This document shows, piece by piece, positions 49,066 to 61,800 of a stretch of 64,000 nt of DNA. This DNA comes from Amoebophrya sp. A120 (lineage: Eukaryota > Protista > Dinoflagellata). The position numbers were made by a program, and so were the translations under genes. The first letter of the stretch is position 1, and every line of letters begins with the position of its first letter. The notes under the pieces are model-generated. The model did not search any database, was not told where the DNA came from, and was given only the letters and a program-made list of their open reading frames with translations. The stretch lies in contig CAJINV010000008.1 of assembly GCA_905178155.1 (NCBI GenBank), positions 868,001-932,000 on the forward strand. The letters are read 5' to 3'.

Positions 49066-52000
49066 ATGTCGATCGATTCTTGCAACAGCACGCCTGGGGG
49101 ACTAGATAGTGGTCAGTCAGACTCTTCTTTTTCGGAGAAGAAGCAAAGTAGCACACAAAAAAGGAGTAAACAAAGCCCGCTGGTCCCACCGGAGAAGAAC
49201 GGATTGCAGCAGCCGTCCTCGAGAACTACGGGTGTAGTTGAAAGTGTCAGCGCCAGCGTTGCCAAATTACCACTGTTCGACACGATTTTGCTTGTCCTGG
49301 CGGTTGCTGCGCTCTCTGTCCTTCTCTGTTTTTCCGTTTGGGTGCTCTGCTTATGAACTGCAAAAGTATCGTACTCGTATAAATGCATGACAAATTTCCT
49401 CAGCATGAGAAATGCAATTTGTATATGCAAACTTACCTCAACAAAAGGATTTGTAATGCATGATTGCAATACGAGTGCGATACTTTTGCACAGGATAGTG
49501 CTCCAAATTCTACGACGACGTTTGGACGGCGGGAAAAACGCTCACACCCGAACAGAAGCGCGCGCAGACGTTCTACCAGCACGTGATTACCGTGTTGGCG
49601 GCAGTGGCGGTTCCTTTGTCCTGCTGGTGGCTGTACCGCACCGAAAGGCCGCAACTCCACAGCAAGCTCGCGGAGGACGATTCGTTGGTCGGCACAGAAG
49701 ATACGACAGGACGAGCAAAAGTTGGACAACTTGTCATGTCGGGGGACGGCATGTCACAAAAGAGGGAGGTGGAAGCCGTCGAGCGTGTTGGGAAAGTGGG
49801 AAACTACACGGGTCCAGCGTCGCCCTCATCATCGGGAGCTCTTCCTGGCGGAAAAAAGGGTACTTAGTACTTATTTTTGTTTTTCATCCTGGGTGCGCGA
49901 AGGCGATTTCACTGACTTTGAGTCATGCAGCATGCACGTGCAATAAGAAAGAGAAGGTCATTTATGTGGTCTACTTTGCGGGAGGATGTATAAAAATGAT
50001 TCGGTGCGAGCGTATAATTTTCAATCTGAAACGAAGTAATTCTTTATGTATCAGGTCTCGCAAACGGGGGTCGCCGAAGCCGGTGCGCTCGATACCGACG
50101 TTCCTGTCACCGATTTTGGGAGAATCTGTACGAAATTCTGAAGTATTATCTGCATCCCAGCAGTGGTGCTGCGCTCGAGCAGCAGGGAGGAGGTGCGCCC
50201 CTGGGCGATGACGACGCCTTACTGGACGCTTTTGACTCTGATCGAAAGAAGAATCGGGCGAAAAATCAAACGGGTCAGAATCCGCCGAAAAAAAGGACTC
50301 AAGGGACTGCGTCGACGGGCCAGTCAAACAAGAAAGGCTACAATAGTAGAGGGACAGAGCCAGGCACGCCTATGAAAAAAGCGATGACTAGTAGCATCAG
50401 CAAGGGGGCAGGCGAAACAGATGTTCCTGTCGAGGCGCTCGAAGATAGAGTTGCTACCGCCGGCTCTGAAGAAATTTCCCCGGCAACAAATAACGTCATC
50501 AAAGCGGGCACCGTCGATACAGTAGCGGCGAACGAAGATGATGAAGACATTTTGAGTGCTCCCAATAAAGCCAGCAGCGCAAATCTCAGTAATAATGCGA
50601 AGAAGAGGCGTGCCAAAAAAGGGCGTGACGGAGTTATCACCGCGGAAACTGGTGTAGAACAACAACCGCTGGATGCGTCCCAAAAGCCGACGGTAGGAGG
50701 GCAGGCCGACGGCAGTACGACTGCAAAAGCCGTCTCGGCTGCTGCCATTGAGCCTGACTTCATTCCGCCACTTTCGCAGGAGTTCCAGAAGGTGAAGAGC
50801 ACGAGACGAAGGAAAAAAGCTGCGGGAGACGAGACCGCATCAGGTCTGCCTGTGGGCACGGCGGCGTCTTCTCCAACTGTCACGTCGGTGGCTAGCAGTC
50901 CGGGGCTCATAGAAGACCCAGTCGGGGCCCCCCAAAAAGATTCGCAACCCCTCGTCTCTGCAGGCCGCAGCCGCACTGCTGTAGCAGAAGACAAGGCCGC
51001 AGCGAAGCAAGGATTTGGCGCGGCCTCTAGTTCCTCCCCCATCAGATCCGGTGTAGTACACAAAAGCGGCGCGCTGCCAGGCAGCAGCAACGCAGGTGCG
51101 GGATCGCACCGTGCAGATCAGCAGGCCCCCACATCACCGGCCGCATCAATATCCTCTCCGACTGCAGAACAACACGGATCCCTTCCGTCGAGCCCAGTGG
51201 CCGCTGCTTCAACGAAAATCGAGTCTGCGCTTGAGGAGCCGTTCGACGACATTCCCCTACGCAGCACGGGCGGCTCGCGTGGCGGAGCGGGCGGAAGCAC
51301 CGCCCCCTATGGTCGGGGAAAAAACACACCCACCGGACGCAAAAAAATGGGCAATACATCTCTGGACTCTCCCCTGATTGTTACCCAGGAATCGGTCGAC
51401 CGGGACATTCAAGAGCTCCGGGCGCTGGAACAGGTCGCCAGGATGCCAGCGCTCACAGAGAGCGAGGAAACAAATGCTTCTAGCGTCATGTCGAAGCACG
51501 AGCTTGACAATTCTGTTGCGAACGGCACCAAGCATCAGGCAGGGGAGCGCGCCGCGAAAGAAGGCACAGCAAGTGCCAAGCCATTGTCCCCGCGATCGTC
51601 TTCTTCGTCACAAATCCGCAACCATGGCGAGCCGGAAGAGAAGAAAGCCGACAGTAAGCAGCTTCCTGCAACGATGGGGCCTTCGTCATCGGCAAGTACG
51701 AGTGCGGCTCCTGGATCTGGAAGTAAACGCAACCACCAGCAAGAGGCACAAAGGAGTGGCGAGGTCAATGCGGGTTTGGGGGCCGTCGGTAATGGTCACC
51801 TCTCTTCCGGCATCGCGAAAGACGGGGCAATGGGCGCCAGTGCAGAACAAAACCATTCACACAACGGATCAGAAAACCCCTCTTTGCAACAGCTAACAAC
51901 GTCCGCCGTGACTCAAACTTCAAAGGAGAAGGATCGGGGTGAAGAACACGAAGCGTCAGCTACGACTGACCGCAAGTCATCAGACAAGACAAAAAGCGCA

Positions 52001-55000
52001 GCCCAGGCATCGGCGCCTGGTAGTGGATGTGTACCCGAGCCGACATCTGGCATTTACGATGCTAAGACGAAAGACGCGAGAAGTGCCGCTGATGCAAAGA
52101 ATAACGCTGATCTTTCACAGGGCACCACTCAACGCGGCACCAAGCAAAACAAGAAAACCTCCGGTACCGCTGGTGCGGCCGGTGCGTGCGTGAAAAACGC
52201 ATCAGCACCCTCTGTAATCGCGGAAAGTAGCAGTGCGAGCTTAGAGATTGTCAAGGACAAGGACTCATCTAGTGCCGAGGAAGAGGAGGAGAAGACCCTG
52301 GACGTTACCGTGCAAAACAGCAACGCAGACGAATTCAATATTCGGGAGACGGAAGTTCTTGAATTGCCCTTGAATCTGATCCTGGAGTGCCAGCACCTGC
52401 GCAATAATGTGAGACTACTGGATTCGTGTGACGGTACGGGCACAATAAAATCGACTTCGAGTCGTGCTGCTGATGCAAAAACTGCTGAGCGCGCCGCCGG
52501 GCCAGAACTTTCGTCCTCGAAGAGTCTGAGCCTTGGAAGTAGCGAAACTGGCGCACCTGAAACCGGTGTCGCTTCGGCGGGAAGAGACCAGCCTGAGACT
52601 GTTGCCGGTACGGAAACTGACCCGTTGGCCAGCCTGGAACCACATCAGCTCGATGGAAGTAATGGCACAGCAAAAGCGAGAAACAATGGCAATGCAGCCA
52701 GCTCGGCTGCCCCTGCTGCTCCCGCACGAGCAGGAAATAAGGCGCAGCTGAGAAAAACAAAGAGCAATAACAAAAAATCAAAAGCGGCGGTACTATCAAG
52801 TGTTTCTTTACTAGTGCGTTTACTTAAAGAGTTAGAGTTCATCTTCAGATTGTTTGCGCGCGCGTCTGAAACTGAAAGCATTATTTGCGCAAGGTGGTCT
52901 AACTCTAAGATTAATAACATTAATGTAAAGCCAAAGCCATGTAGAGATATCGAAATTCTTTATGTAAGTGAACCACTTCTAGTTCTATCACGAACAGGCG
53001 TTTCTACAGCTCGTGTAGAGTTAGAGTTAGGGTTATTTGCCACTCTCGTCTCTACTTTTCCACGCCGAATCAGGTTCGACGATTCAAATTGAAATCAATG
53101 ACTTACAGGAAGAAGAGGAAGCGCTGATGGCGGCCATGATTCGCGACAGCGAGCTCGAGCGCCAGCGGGAGGAAGCGGAAAAGCGTTGGACTGTTTTTAA
53201 CGTGGCCGCGTCCGTGGCACGTTTTGGTCACCTGAACCGGGTCGCTTCCGGACTCGATCGCCTGGAAACTTGGTGGTACAAGCAGCCCAACGACCTGTCC
53301 GCATCAGACACAGACCATGCGGCTGGTGCATTTTCCCGAGCAACGCCACACCAGAAGGAAAATACTGCTCCTGCTCCAAATGAACGCGAGGATGGGAAAA
53401 TCGCAGGAGCTTCATCTTCGCCGACATCGGCGCAAAAGCCCAGCAAAGCCTCAAAAGCATCCGGCACGTCTCCGTCGCCGAAGAAAGGTGCGACCAACGC
53501 CGCACCGCGCACTGTAGATGTTGATGATAAACACGGGACCAGTTGTTCGGGTTCCGCAAAGGAACCAAATGAAAGCGTAAAGCTGGCCCAGGAGCTTCTA
53601 GAAGCTGGAGATCTCGAGAAGCTCGAGCTAAGCGGTAAGAATGCATGTTGTTTCTGCTTGATTTTTCTTTTTGTGCACGTACTTGTTTTTCATTTTCTGC
53701 GACACTCACACTTCGCCCTGAAAAGCGAGCTGCACGCGACTGATTTTAATACTTAAGTACATTTGTTTCCTTTTCGTCCTGTTCCTTTGTGTCCACCTTG
53801 GACACTTAAAGGAACGGGATGAACAGCATGCGCATAAACAATGGCGTGTCTAGAGCAGTGAGATATGGATATCAACATTTTTTTTTCAACAACTCGCAAG
53901 AAAAATATACCACAGTCTCCTCCCGATTGCCCGAGGTGGACTTCAACATGTTGACGCAGCTGACGTATTGGTATGACCGACAGCGAACGCAGCTGAGTCT
54001 GCAGGACGCAGAGCGGCAACGGGACAGCAAAATGGGCCGATGGACTGCGAAGATCTCGCGCGAGAAAATTGTCTACGGCGCGGTGGCCACCGAGGTTCTT
54101 GTCGGCAATGAGGACGAAGACCAAATGGCTCCCGACGAGGGAGGCCAGGAGGCGGGGTCGGAGATCATGAAGATGTCCGCCAGTAAGAAGAAACGGCTGC
54201 GCGCCAAGAAGAAAAAGCAAGCGGCAGGAGGTGTTAGTACAACGACCCCGGAGGTGGAGGTGGACCACGAGGACCGCGACGCTGATATTAACGTTCCGAC
54301 CGACATTCCAGAGGAGGCCCGTTCCGCGCACACACACTTGGGGCAAAAAGCAGCCACGATCTTTCGCCGACCCCGCGGTATCGACGTCACGAGGTTGCAG
54401 ACACTGCGCAGGGCCGCGAAGGTCTGCGGCTACGCACAGCTGGAGACTTTGGTGGAAGACACCATCGAAAAGTTGCGGGTAGACAACTGTGCACGAATAA
54501 GCTTGGCCGAACTAAAGAAGCACCGCACCCGCGAGTCGTGTTGGGTGGTCATAGACTCGAAGGTGTACGACGTGACCCCATTTTTACCGTTGCATCCGGG
54601 AGGCGAAGACCTCATCGTCAAAGCCGCTAGCTACGACGCTACAGGCGTCTTCGAGCTCACACATGGGGAGGGACTACGGTAAGACTCACGAAAGCCTTGC
54701 TGCTTCCATTTTTTTCATTTTGATTTGTTGTTGATTGTTCCTCTTCGACGTCGTACTAAGCGCATCTTCTCGTTTTTTTTCGGTAGGAATCTTTTTAATG
54801 CTTTGAATGCGTATACGTACACGTAATTGTAGCGCAGCTCGTCATCACATGGATATGCGTTTCTTTGTTGTGTGTTTCAGGTACTCGCTGCGCATCTTGA
54901 ACCAATTTTTTATCGGGTTGGTAGCCGACAGCGTCAAACTGGAATCTTTCCCGGACACGCCACCGCCGAGTCCCGAATTTCTCGCAGTGTTGCGCAGAAT

Positions 55001-55064
55001 AACATCCGCTCTCCATGACATCGACGAAGAGAATGCAACGGGAGAAAACCAGACACGGTACTGA
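49066..55064 (+). CDS. Membrane-anchored low-complexity protein with a C-terminal cytochrome b5 heme-binding domain
   Basis: Exons about 49066-49351, 49503-49859, 50055-~52798, 53074-53634, ~53900-54678 and 54881-55064. Two N-terminal hydrophobic helices. ELKKH..ESCWVVIDSKVYDVTPFLPLHPGG..DATGVFELTH supplies both heme His ligands. Whether the N- and C-terminal parts form one gene is less certain. Confidence 0.72.
49352..49497. mobile_element. TIR introner (family C)
   Basis: TIR core tgcaaaagtatcg(t/c)actcgtat. TSD ctgct / gtgct. Removal gives VLC-SKFYDD, in frame with ORF 49583. Confidence 0.92.
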
Positions 55065-56358
55065 TGCACAAGCGTCGTATGGGTTACTTGTACTTGAATA
55101 TCGCGAACGCTCGAACAATGTGGTTGGGAACTACGATGTCGTACACCTACATTCGTGTAGTCGGCTCCCTCTAAAGGAAGTCCCTTTCGGGCCATGCTGT
55201 GTAAAAACTCTTCCGAAATTCTGTGTCTCCCACTCACGTCTATCCATTGATCTCTGGTTCAAAACTACAAAACGACATTTCGCGTTCGAAGAACAGCGAC
55301 ACGGCTACGGCATTGACTTTCGCACTTCCACCGATGGTGCAGAACATGGAATCGGCTGCGCAATCCTTCCGGCGTGCTTGCGGATCTTCCAGTATGACTC
55401 CGAATAATAATGTACTTAATGGTGGCTGAGGCTGACCGTGCCCGTGACTCCGAATAAAATGTAACACAGTAGTTTACGGCACTCAGCGCATAACTTTAAT
55501 TGCGAAAGAAAATGAACCAAGCGGAAAAAGTTCGAAGAACGCATCGCACGCAAGAAGAATCCAGCGACAGAGACTTTAGACGACAAACATCACGCCTAAG
55601 GGTGTAAGTATCTCGAACGCGGCATGAGGTCGCAATCCAGCTTAGAGTAGAATTTTCTTCATCTGTTGCTCTGAGCTACTTGATGCAAGATGACGCTCTT
55701 GGGAAGTGTTCTGTTGCTCGAGCAATCACATCAGCCATCCCCGTCGCCAGTCACACTGATTCTCTCGGTTCCTGCAGCGCAAACTGCTTCGGTTTTTGCA
55801 GCTTCTTTGGGTGTAATGTGAGTAAGCAGATGTTCGGTGCATTGCACAGTATTTCAGATGAAAGATCGTAATAGTCCTAGTCGTCATCCTCGTTTTCTAT
55901 ATGTCACAGTCACCCTCAGTCTCGGCATTGATTCTACTGTAGGGGACGTACCGGGAATCGAAAGCTCGATATCGGGTACATGAAGTCGACTATCGTGGGA
56001 ATTTTTTACGGAAATTCTAACTTCGCTACGTTCGTAGAAGAAAGGCAGGGAGCATGTTTCAGACAAGGATCTTGACCATGGCTACAACTTGCAGGGCCTC
56101 CACATGATCACTCTAGTTGTATGACAACGAACGACGTGCTGCACGTGTCAGCTAGAAACAAAAGAGAAGTTGGCGCGAACTTGCTTCTTGCGGAGGCGAG
56201 CAATCTCGCTGTAGCGTACTCGTTTTGTGCTGATGCAGCAATAGTAATACATAGATCCATCTGCTCTGCGTTTTTTTGGAAGAAGTTGAATTCGCAGTAG
56301 AAATAAATAATATTAAGTGCTGATTACATAAACGACGCACTCTCACTCACGACGGACC

Positions 56359-57623
56359 ATGATAAAAAGTAAATCGACACCGGCGTTTGACGCCACAACA
56401 GCAGGGTTTTCTGAAAGCTCGAGCTACCGCCCGGGAGAGACATTCCGGAGAACTGGCAGTAGTGTGTTTTCCAAGAGCTACGGTATCATGTTGATGTTAT
56501 GGATCAACTTTATTGAAATTGATATTTTCGTTTGTTCCCATCCCACTGGCTACTTTAATGTTTTTTCAACGATTTTCGAAACTGCGTCCTAGGGAAGCAG
56601 GCGATCGGGACAGTTGATAATGATTCGAATTACGTATATCGAAATAACAACTACAACATTCAGACCCGGCGGACCTGTCTGATTGGAACAAATCGGTTAT
56701 AACAACTTTCCCGAGCAGCCTGCAACTATACGAGACGTATCACAATCGATACGGCTGGGTATCAAAGCTGAAAGAGTTGGCGTTCCTGTCTGATCTCTTC
56801 CGCGCCATCGACACCGACCGTAGCGGAGCGATTAACAAGCAGGAATTCGGTATCTTTGCTTTGCCTTTCGATATGCATCCAGTGCTGCAGCTTTTCATGC
56901 ATTGAACAGTTTATTCATGTTTGATGTTTTCAAAACGAATACAGGAAATCTCTCATTCATAACACAGATATTTCTATGGCGCACCCAGAAACAAAGAAGA
57001 TATTTGCGATTCGGTTCGGATTCCAACCACACCAACGAGACAAAGTTTTCCAAGTGCTGGCAGATGGGGATGGTACGGAAAATTTGCAACGCTAGAACGG
57101 TAGTTTAGTAAGTCATGTTTTCGTCATCGTGCCTGGACATGGAGTTCCGCGCCCGTAGTAAGTAAGCTTTGTATAGAATATTGACCGGCGTCCAGGGTGC
57201 AGCACGCAGTACGATGAGGTTGAAAGTTTTTAGATTTCTTTCCATCATAAATATACAAGGTGAGATCCAGTATCGTAGATGGATGTCGTATTTGTTTTCC
57301 TTGATGGCCACCGACGATCGAGGGGTCAGGGAATTCAGTGCCAGCAATCGGGCCGCGCACCACGCAGCTGAGGAGACGTTTGAAAGTACTTTGGAGCACA
57401 CTTTTGATTCTTGGAACAAATGTGATCCTAATCGTTTTTTATGATGAGATATCAATAAAGACCCGATTTCTCTTTACTTTTTACATTTTTCTCATTCTAA
57501 TACAACTCCAGAGTTCCGACCGCTGCCGTTGCCAACGAGGGGAGGAAAGATACGTCAACCGAGCTTCACGAATGGTCCTGCGTGGCTGATGAAGCTCCAC
57601 CCAACGCGGACTATAATTGGATC
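56359..57623 (+). CDS. Small EF-hand protein, multi-exon (3' end unresolved)
   Basis: GT-AG exons 56359-56482, 56664-56849, 56968-57072 and 57260 onwards give LFRAIDTDRSGAINKQEF (canonical EF loop) and a degenerate second loop VFQVLADGDGEIQY. Confidence 0.65.
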
Positions 57624-58895
57624 GTAAGTGGGAGGGAGCGTAGTTGGTAGGATCTTGAGTTTTATTTGGCAGCCGTAAGATGTTCTTCTTCTAGCGTGAA
57701 GCTACTTCTGCACACAGGATAATTAAAGATGTGGGTTCTTTATGCATGGCTTGGTCCGAAGACGAAGTAAATTGCTGCGAGTACCTCGCCATCGTTTTTG
57801 TTGAAATTTCAAACGGGCTAAACATTATTGCTATTTCAGCCAGGCAATCTCCAAAACAAAGTCTATGCACGTAATACCAGACTTCTTTCGTATTTTTCAG
57901 ATTGCGGACGGATTTTACGTATAGTTCTACATCCCCACTACAGAAAATTAGTTGCTTGACTGGTATTTGCCGATCCTTGTAATTGTATTTTTGTTCGTTG
58001 AAGAAAATCACATATCTTGACTTCCAGAAGGTGTGCCCTTCCTTGTACATTACTCTGTTTTGCTAAATTATGAACAACGAAAAGTACGTGTTACCCTCGC
58101 TTTTCGATGTATCCACACAGCTCCGCCCCGATACATTTTCTCGTCGCATCTGTCACTGTATAGTGTTTGCGTTTGCACCGACATGAGAAGCGATCAGTCG
58201 CTGATGATGATATCAATCAATTTCACCAAACCTCGCAGGAAACGAGCACCGAGCGGAAGTGCGTTCTCCTGTAGTTGAGCATTCCAACAAGCTATGCTTC
58301 GGTAAAGTTACGAGCTCAGACACAGGGAAAGGCAGAGTTCTGTTTATGACGTCCCCAGATGCTGTGTGAGGCTAGAAGATCATTGAGGCAGAAAATCGGT
58401 TTGCAAGGACAAGGAAAAGAAGTTTGATTAGAGGAAGATCGAAATTGATGTTGTTTCTCAATTGCAGTGTTTCCATTCGAGCAAACGATCTTTATTTGCA
58501 CTTGATTACCGCTGTAAAGGTAAAGCGATTGCATGGATTCCGGTACTACAGAGCAAAGATGCTGAGTTTCGTGTTTTCTCATGCAGCTTCATATTATTCG
58601 TGCGTAGGTAGGTGGCGGGATATTTCGGTCTTTTTACGCCACTCTTCTGTTACTTTTGGTGAAGTGTCTCTGCTGCACAGATGACCTCTGTCTGCTAGTT
58701 GCCGAAAATAGACGATCATCCTCATCTCTATATATGGCGGGTTGAAAGAAAACCCGGCTCCCGAACAAAATTCTTTTTTGGACTCGATCTCTTCGGACGA
58801 GTTCCTCTCGCCCGTGTTCGCTGAAGAAACCAACTTTCGATTGTGTCTTTCGAAACAGGCCCAGGAAGACTCGATCTCGAAAGGAGAGGACAGCC

Positions 58896-61800
58896 ATGCT
58901 GCGATCGCAGGTGGTACGGGGCAGCCTGTATGTGACGGGGCCGCAGGTGGAGGACATGGCGTCGCGGTATTGCCATCGTGTCGACAAAGGTCTGCGCACA
59001 CATCGCAAACTTCGTGACGGCACAGTCTACCACCACATCACAATTGTCGCGGCCCACGAAATGCCGGAAGACCGAACGCCGAAAGAGCTGGCCGCCCTTT
59101 TTCAAAAAGCCGGGGACGAAATTGCTGTGGGTCACGCAGCGGGCAGCTCCAGCTGTAGCAAAGAGGTCCACGAAGACGCGGCCGCATCGAGTGCGGATGA
59201 AAAGGAAGAGGATAAAAATCCGGAAGAAGACGGCAGTCACGAGGACAAGGGAGCCTCGAAGATGTCTACGTTGCAAAGGAGCATTTCTGTGGATTCCCAT
59301 GCATTCGCGCAGTTGGATATGCGGGCCGTCTACGCAATCGGATTGGGATCGGCGACCCGGAAAAAATCAAATCAAGCTTGCTACTTTGTGGTTCTGTGCT
59401 TTCCGCGCGCCACCGCCTTTCGCGAATACTTGGGGCTGCCACGAAGGGACTTTCACATTACATTGGGTTTTACCGGTGCAGGCGATTTGCACGACGTTGC
59501 AAAAGGCTTAGACTCTTTGCTGCCCCCGGCCGCAGGAGTACGTGACCACCTTCCTACTGGAACTGACAGCTATTATTTGTTCGAAGGACATGATGATGAA
59601 GCTGCGGCAACGTTGGTCGGACCTAGCACTGACGACATTTGGCAAATGCTGGCGATGGCAGAGAGGCGCCAAGTGAGCCGCGAGCTACAGGACCACTTAC
59701 TTACCGTAGCGGGCAACTCGCTCCAGCGTCAGGAGCACGCCGGAGAGAACCATGATGCGGCTGCGGATCGGGATAAATGCGGCTCCGACCACGCGCATAT
59801 CCAGGAAATAAGAACATTACAGCTGCAGTTTTTGCGTTGCGCAGCAAAGCTCGCTGGTCGCAGACACCATTTCCACGAGGTACTGATGCACGTGGACCGC
59901 CTTTTGGAATTGGAACCCGGTGACCTACGGGGGGTCCAACAAAAAGCGCTTGCGCTTTCGCGCGTCGGGGCGCCTGAAACGTGCCAGAAGTATGTTGCGA
60001 GTCATGGACACCTGCTGCACGGTACTCCCGTTGTACTCGAACGCCTCCTCGCGAAAAGCGGAAACAAAATTATAACAGCGAACCGAGGCGGACCGAAGCC
60101 GTGGCAGGGCCCAGCCACTGCGGACGATCACCGACAGGAGGCTGTTTTCAGGGAAGAAGATGCGACAACCTCCCCTAACGAGCAGGAGGCGCAACTACGA
60201 GACGACGGGGGTAGTGTGTTCATCGAGAAAAAGTACCCGAGAACGATGCACTTGCGGAATCTCGGTGCTGCCACGGATGATGACGTGGTTGCTGGAGAGG
60301 ACGGCGAGGGGCTTTTTGTCAACAACGGCGAAGTGTTCGTGGAAGAAAAGTTAGACGGCGCCAACGTCGGGTTTTCCGTCGCTGGTTGGGAAATCCGGGT
60401 CCAAAACCGCGGGCACTGGGTGTCCAGCGCCACGAGCGCACAGTTTTCTACCATAGGGGACTGGGTAGAGGCCCACAGGGACGCTCTTTTTCGGCTACTG
60501 CAAAATAAGCACGACAACAAAATAAAGAGAACTACAGCGGTGCTCTTCGGCGAGTGGTGCTGTCTGAAGCACTCCGTCTTCTACTCCAAGCTGCCCGGAT
60601 ACTTCATTGCGTTCGATTTTTGGAACGGGTCCGAGTTCGTCTCTCGCAAGCAATTCCACACCTTGCTGCGCGGTACAGGCATTCCTGTGGTGCCGATTTT
60701 GCACAAAGGGCCGCTTCCGAGCTTTCGTTTTTTGACGGAGAATCTGCTCGACCGATGCACCTCCGTGTTTTCTGCGCACGACGTGGAGACCGCGATCGAG
60801 GGTGTCGTGCTGCGCAAAGAGCTGGGCGGAAAGTTGCAGCACAAGATGAAGCTGGTACGGAAGGAGTTCCAGGAAGGAATCACACAGTTCTGGACGCGGC
60901 AGAAGACCACAAAGAATATCATCGACTACGATTGGCAACAGGAATACCTGGAGCGGTGCTACAGTGAAGCCGATTTCGCTGACCCGGAAGGCCGTCGCTG
61001 CGAATGCCGCGACCCAGCCTCTCGCGAGCAAGCGCAAGAAGAACCGCAAGTCGATGAAGAGCCCGTGCTGCCAAGGTTGGATCCACGCAAAAAGGTTTTT
61101 TCACCTAGATTGGGCGTGCAGATGATGCGAAATTTTTCGTCGGTTTTGCCGTCAATTCTAGTTGGCTCGACGCCCGTGCATGCGGACCATATTTTGGCGC
61201 TCGAAGAAGATTACGCAGTGGAGCTCGTCATCACACTGACGCAGGAGTGCCCGTTGCCGCGTGGCTGGTTCGTAGAGACCGAGGTGATCCCACATGTTGA
61301 CGACGCCACAGAAGTAGACGAGGAAGCAAGTACAGCTAGAAGTACTGCTTTTTCCGGCGAAGCTGCCCTTGGGTTGACGCTCCAAGGCGTTGGCACAGCA
61401 GAAGCCAAATTTGTTCCAGCCGCCAGAGGGGGGGCGCCAGCGTCTTCGAACAAGGCCCGGCATGCAGCAAAAGCAGTGCGGTGCCTCTTTCTGCCGACGC
61501 CGAACTACTTTTCGCCGAGTTTCGCTCAGGTACATGCCGCGATACGAAAAATCGCCTCAGTAGTTACGAAGAACAACAAAAGAGTCTTCATTCACTGCGG
61601 TGGTGGGAAGGGGCGCGCGGGAACGCTCGCCGCATGCTGTCTGTTGCGATTTGGTCTCGACGGCGCCGCCCTCGATGTTTCGGGAACAAGCGCTGGCTCG
61701 TCCGACGAAGCGTGTGGAATGACTTTCGCCAGCTCGTCTGTCGTCGTGCGGCACCTTCGTGAAATTCGCCCTGGCAGCATTGAGACGGACCACCAGGAGC

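Noticed and set aside
53015-53034. gtagagttagagttagggtt telomere-like run
   Set aside because: It has only one perfect unit, which is compatible with chance.
3650-55064. Stop-codon reassignment as the explanation for the interrupted ORFs
   Set aside because: The internal stops fall within introns or introners, the long exons are stop-free, and genes end at TAA, TAG or TGA.
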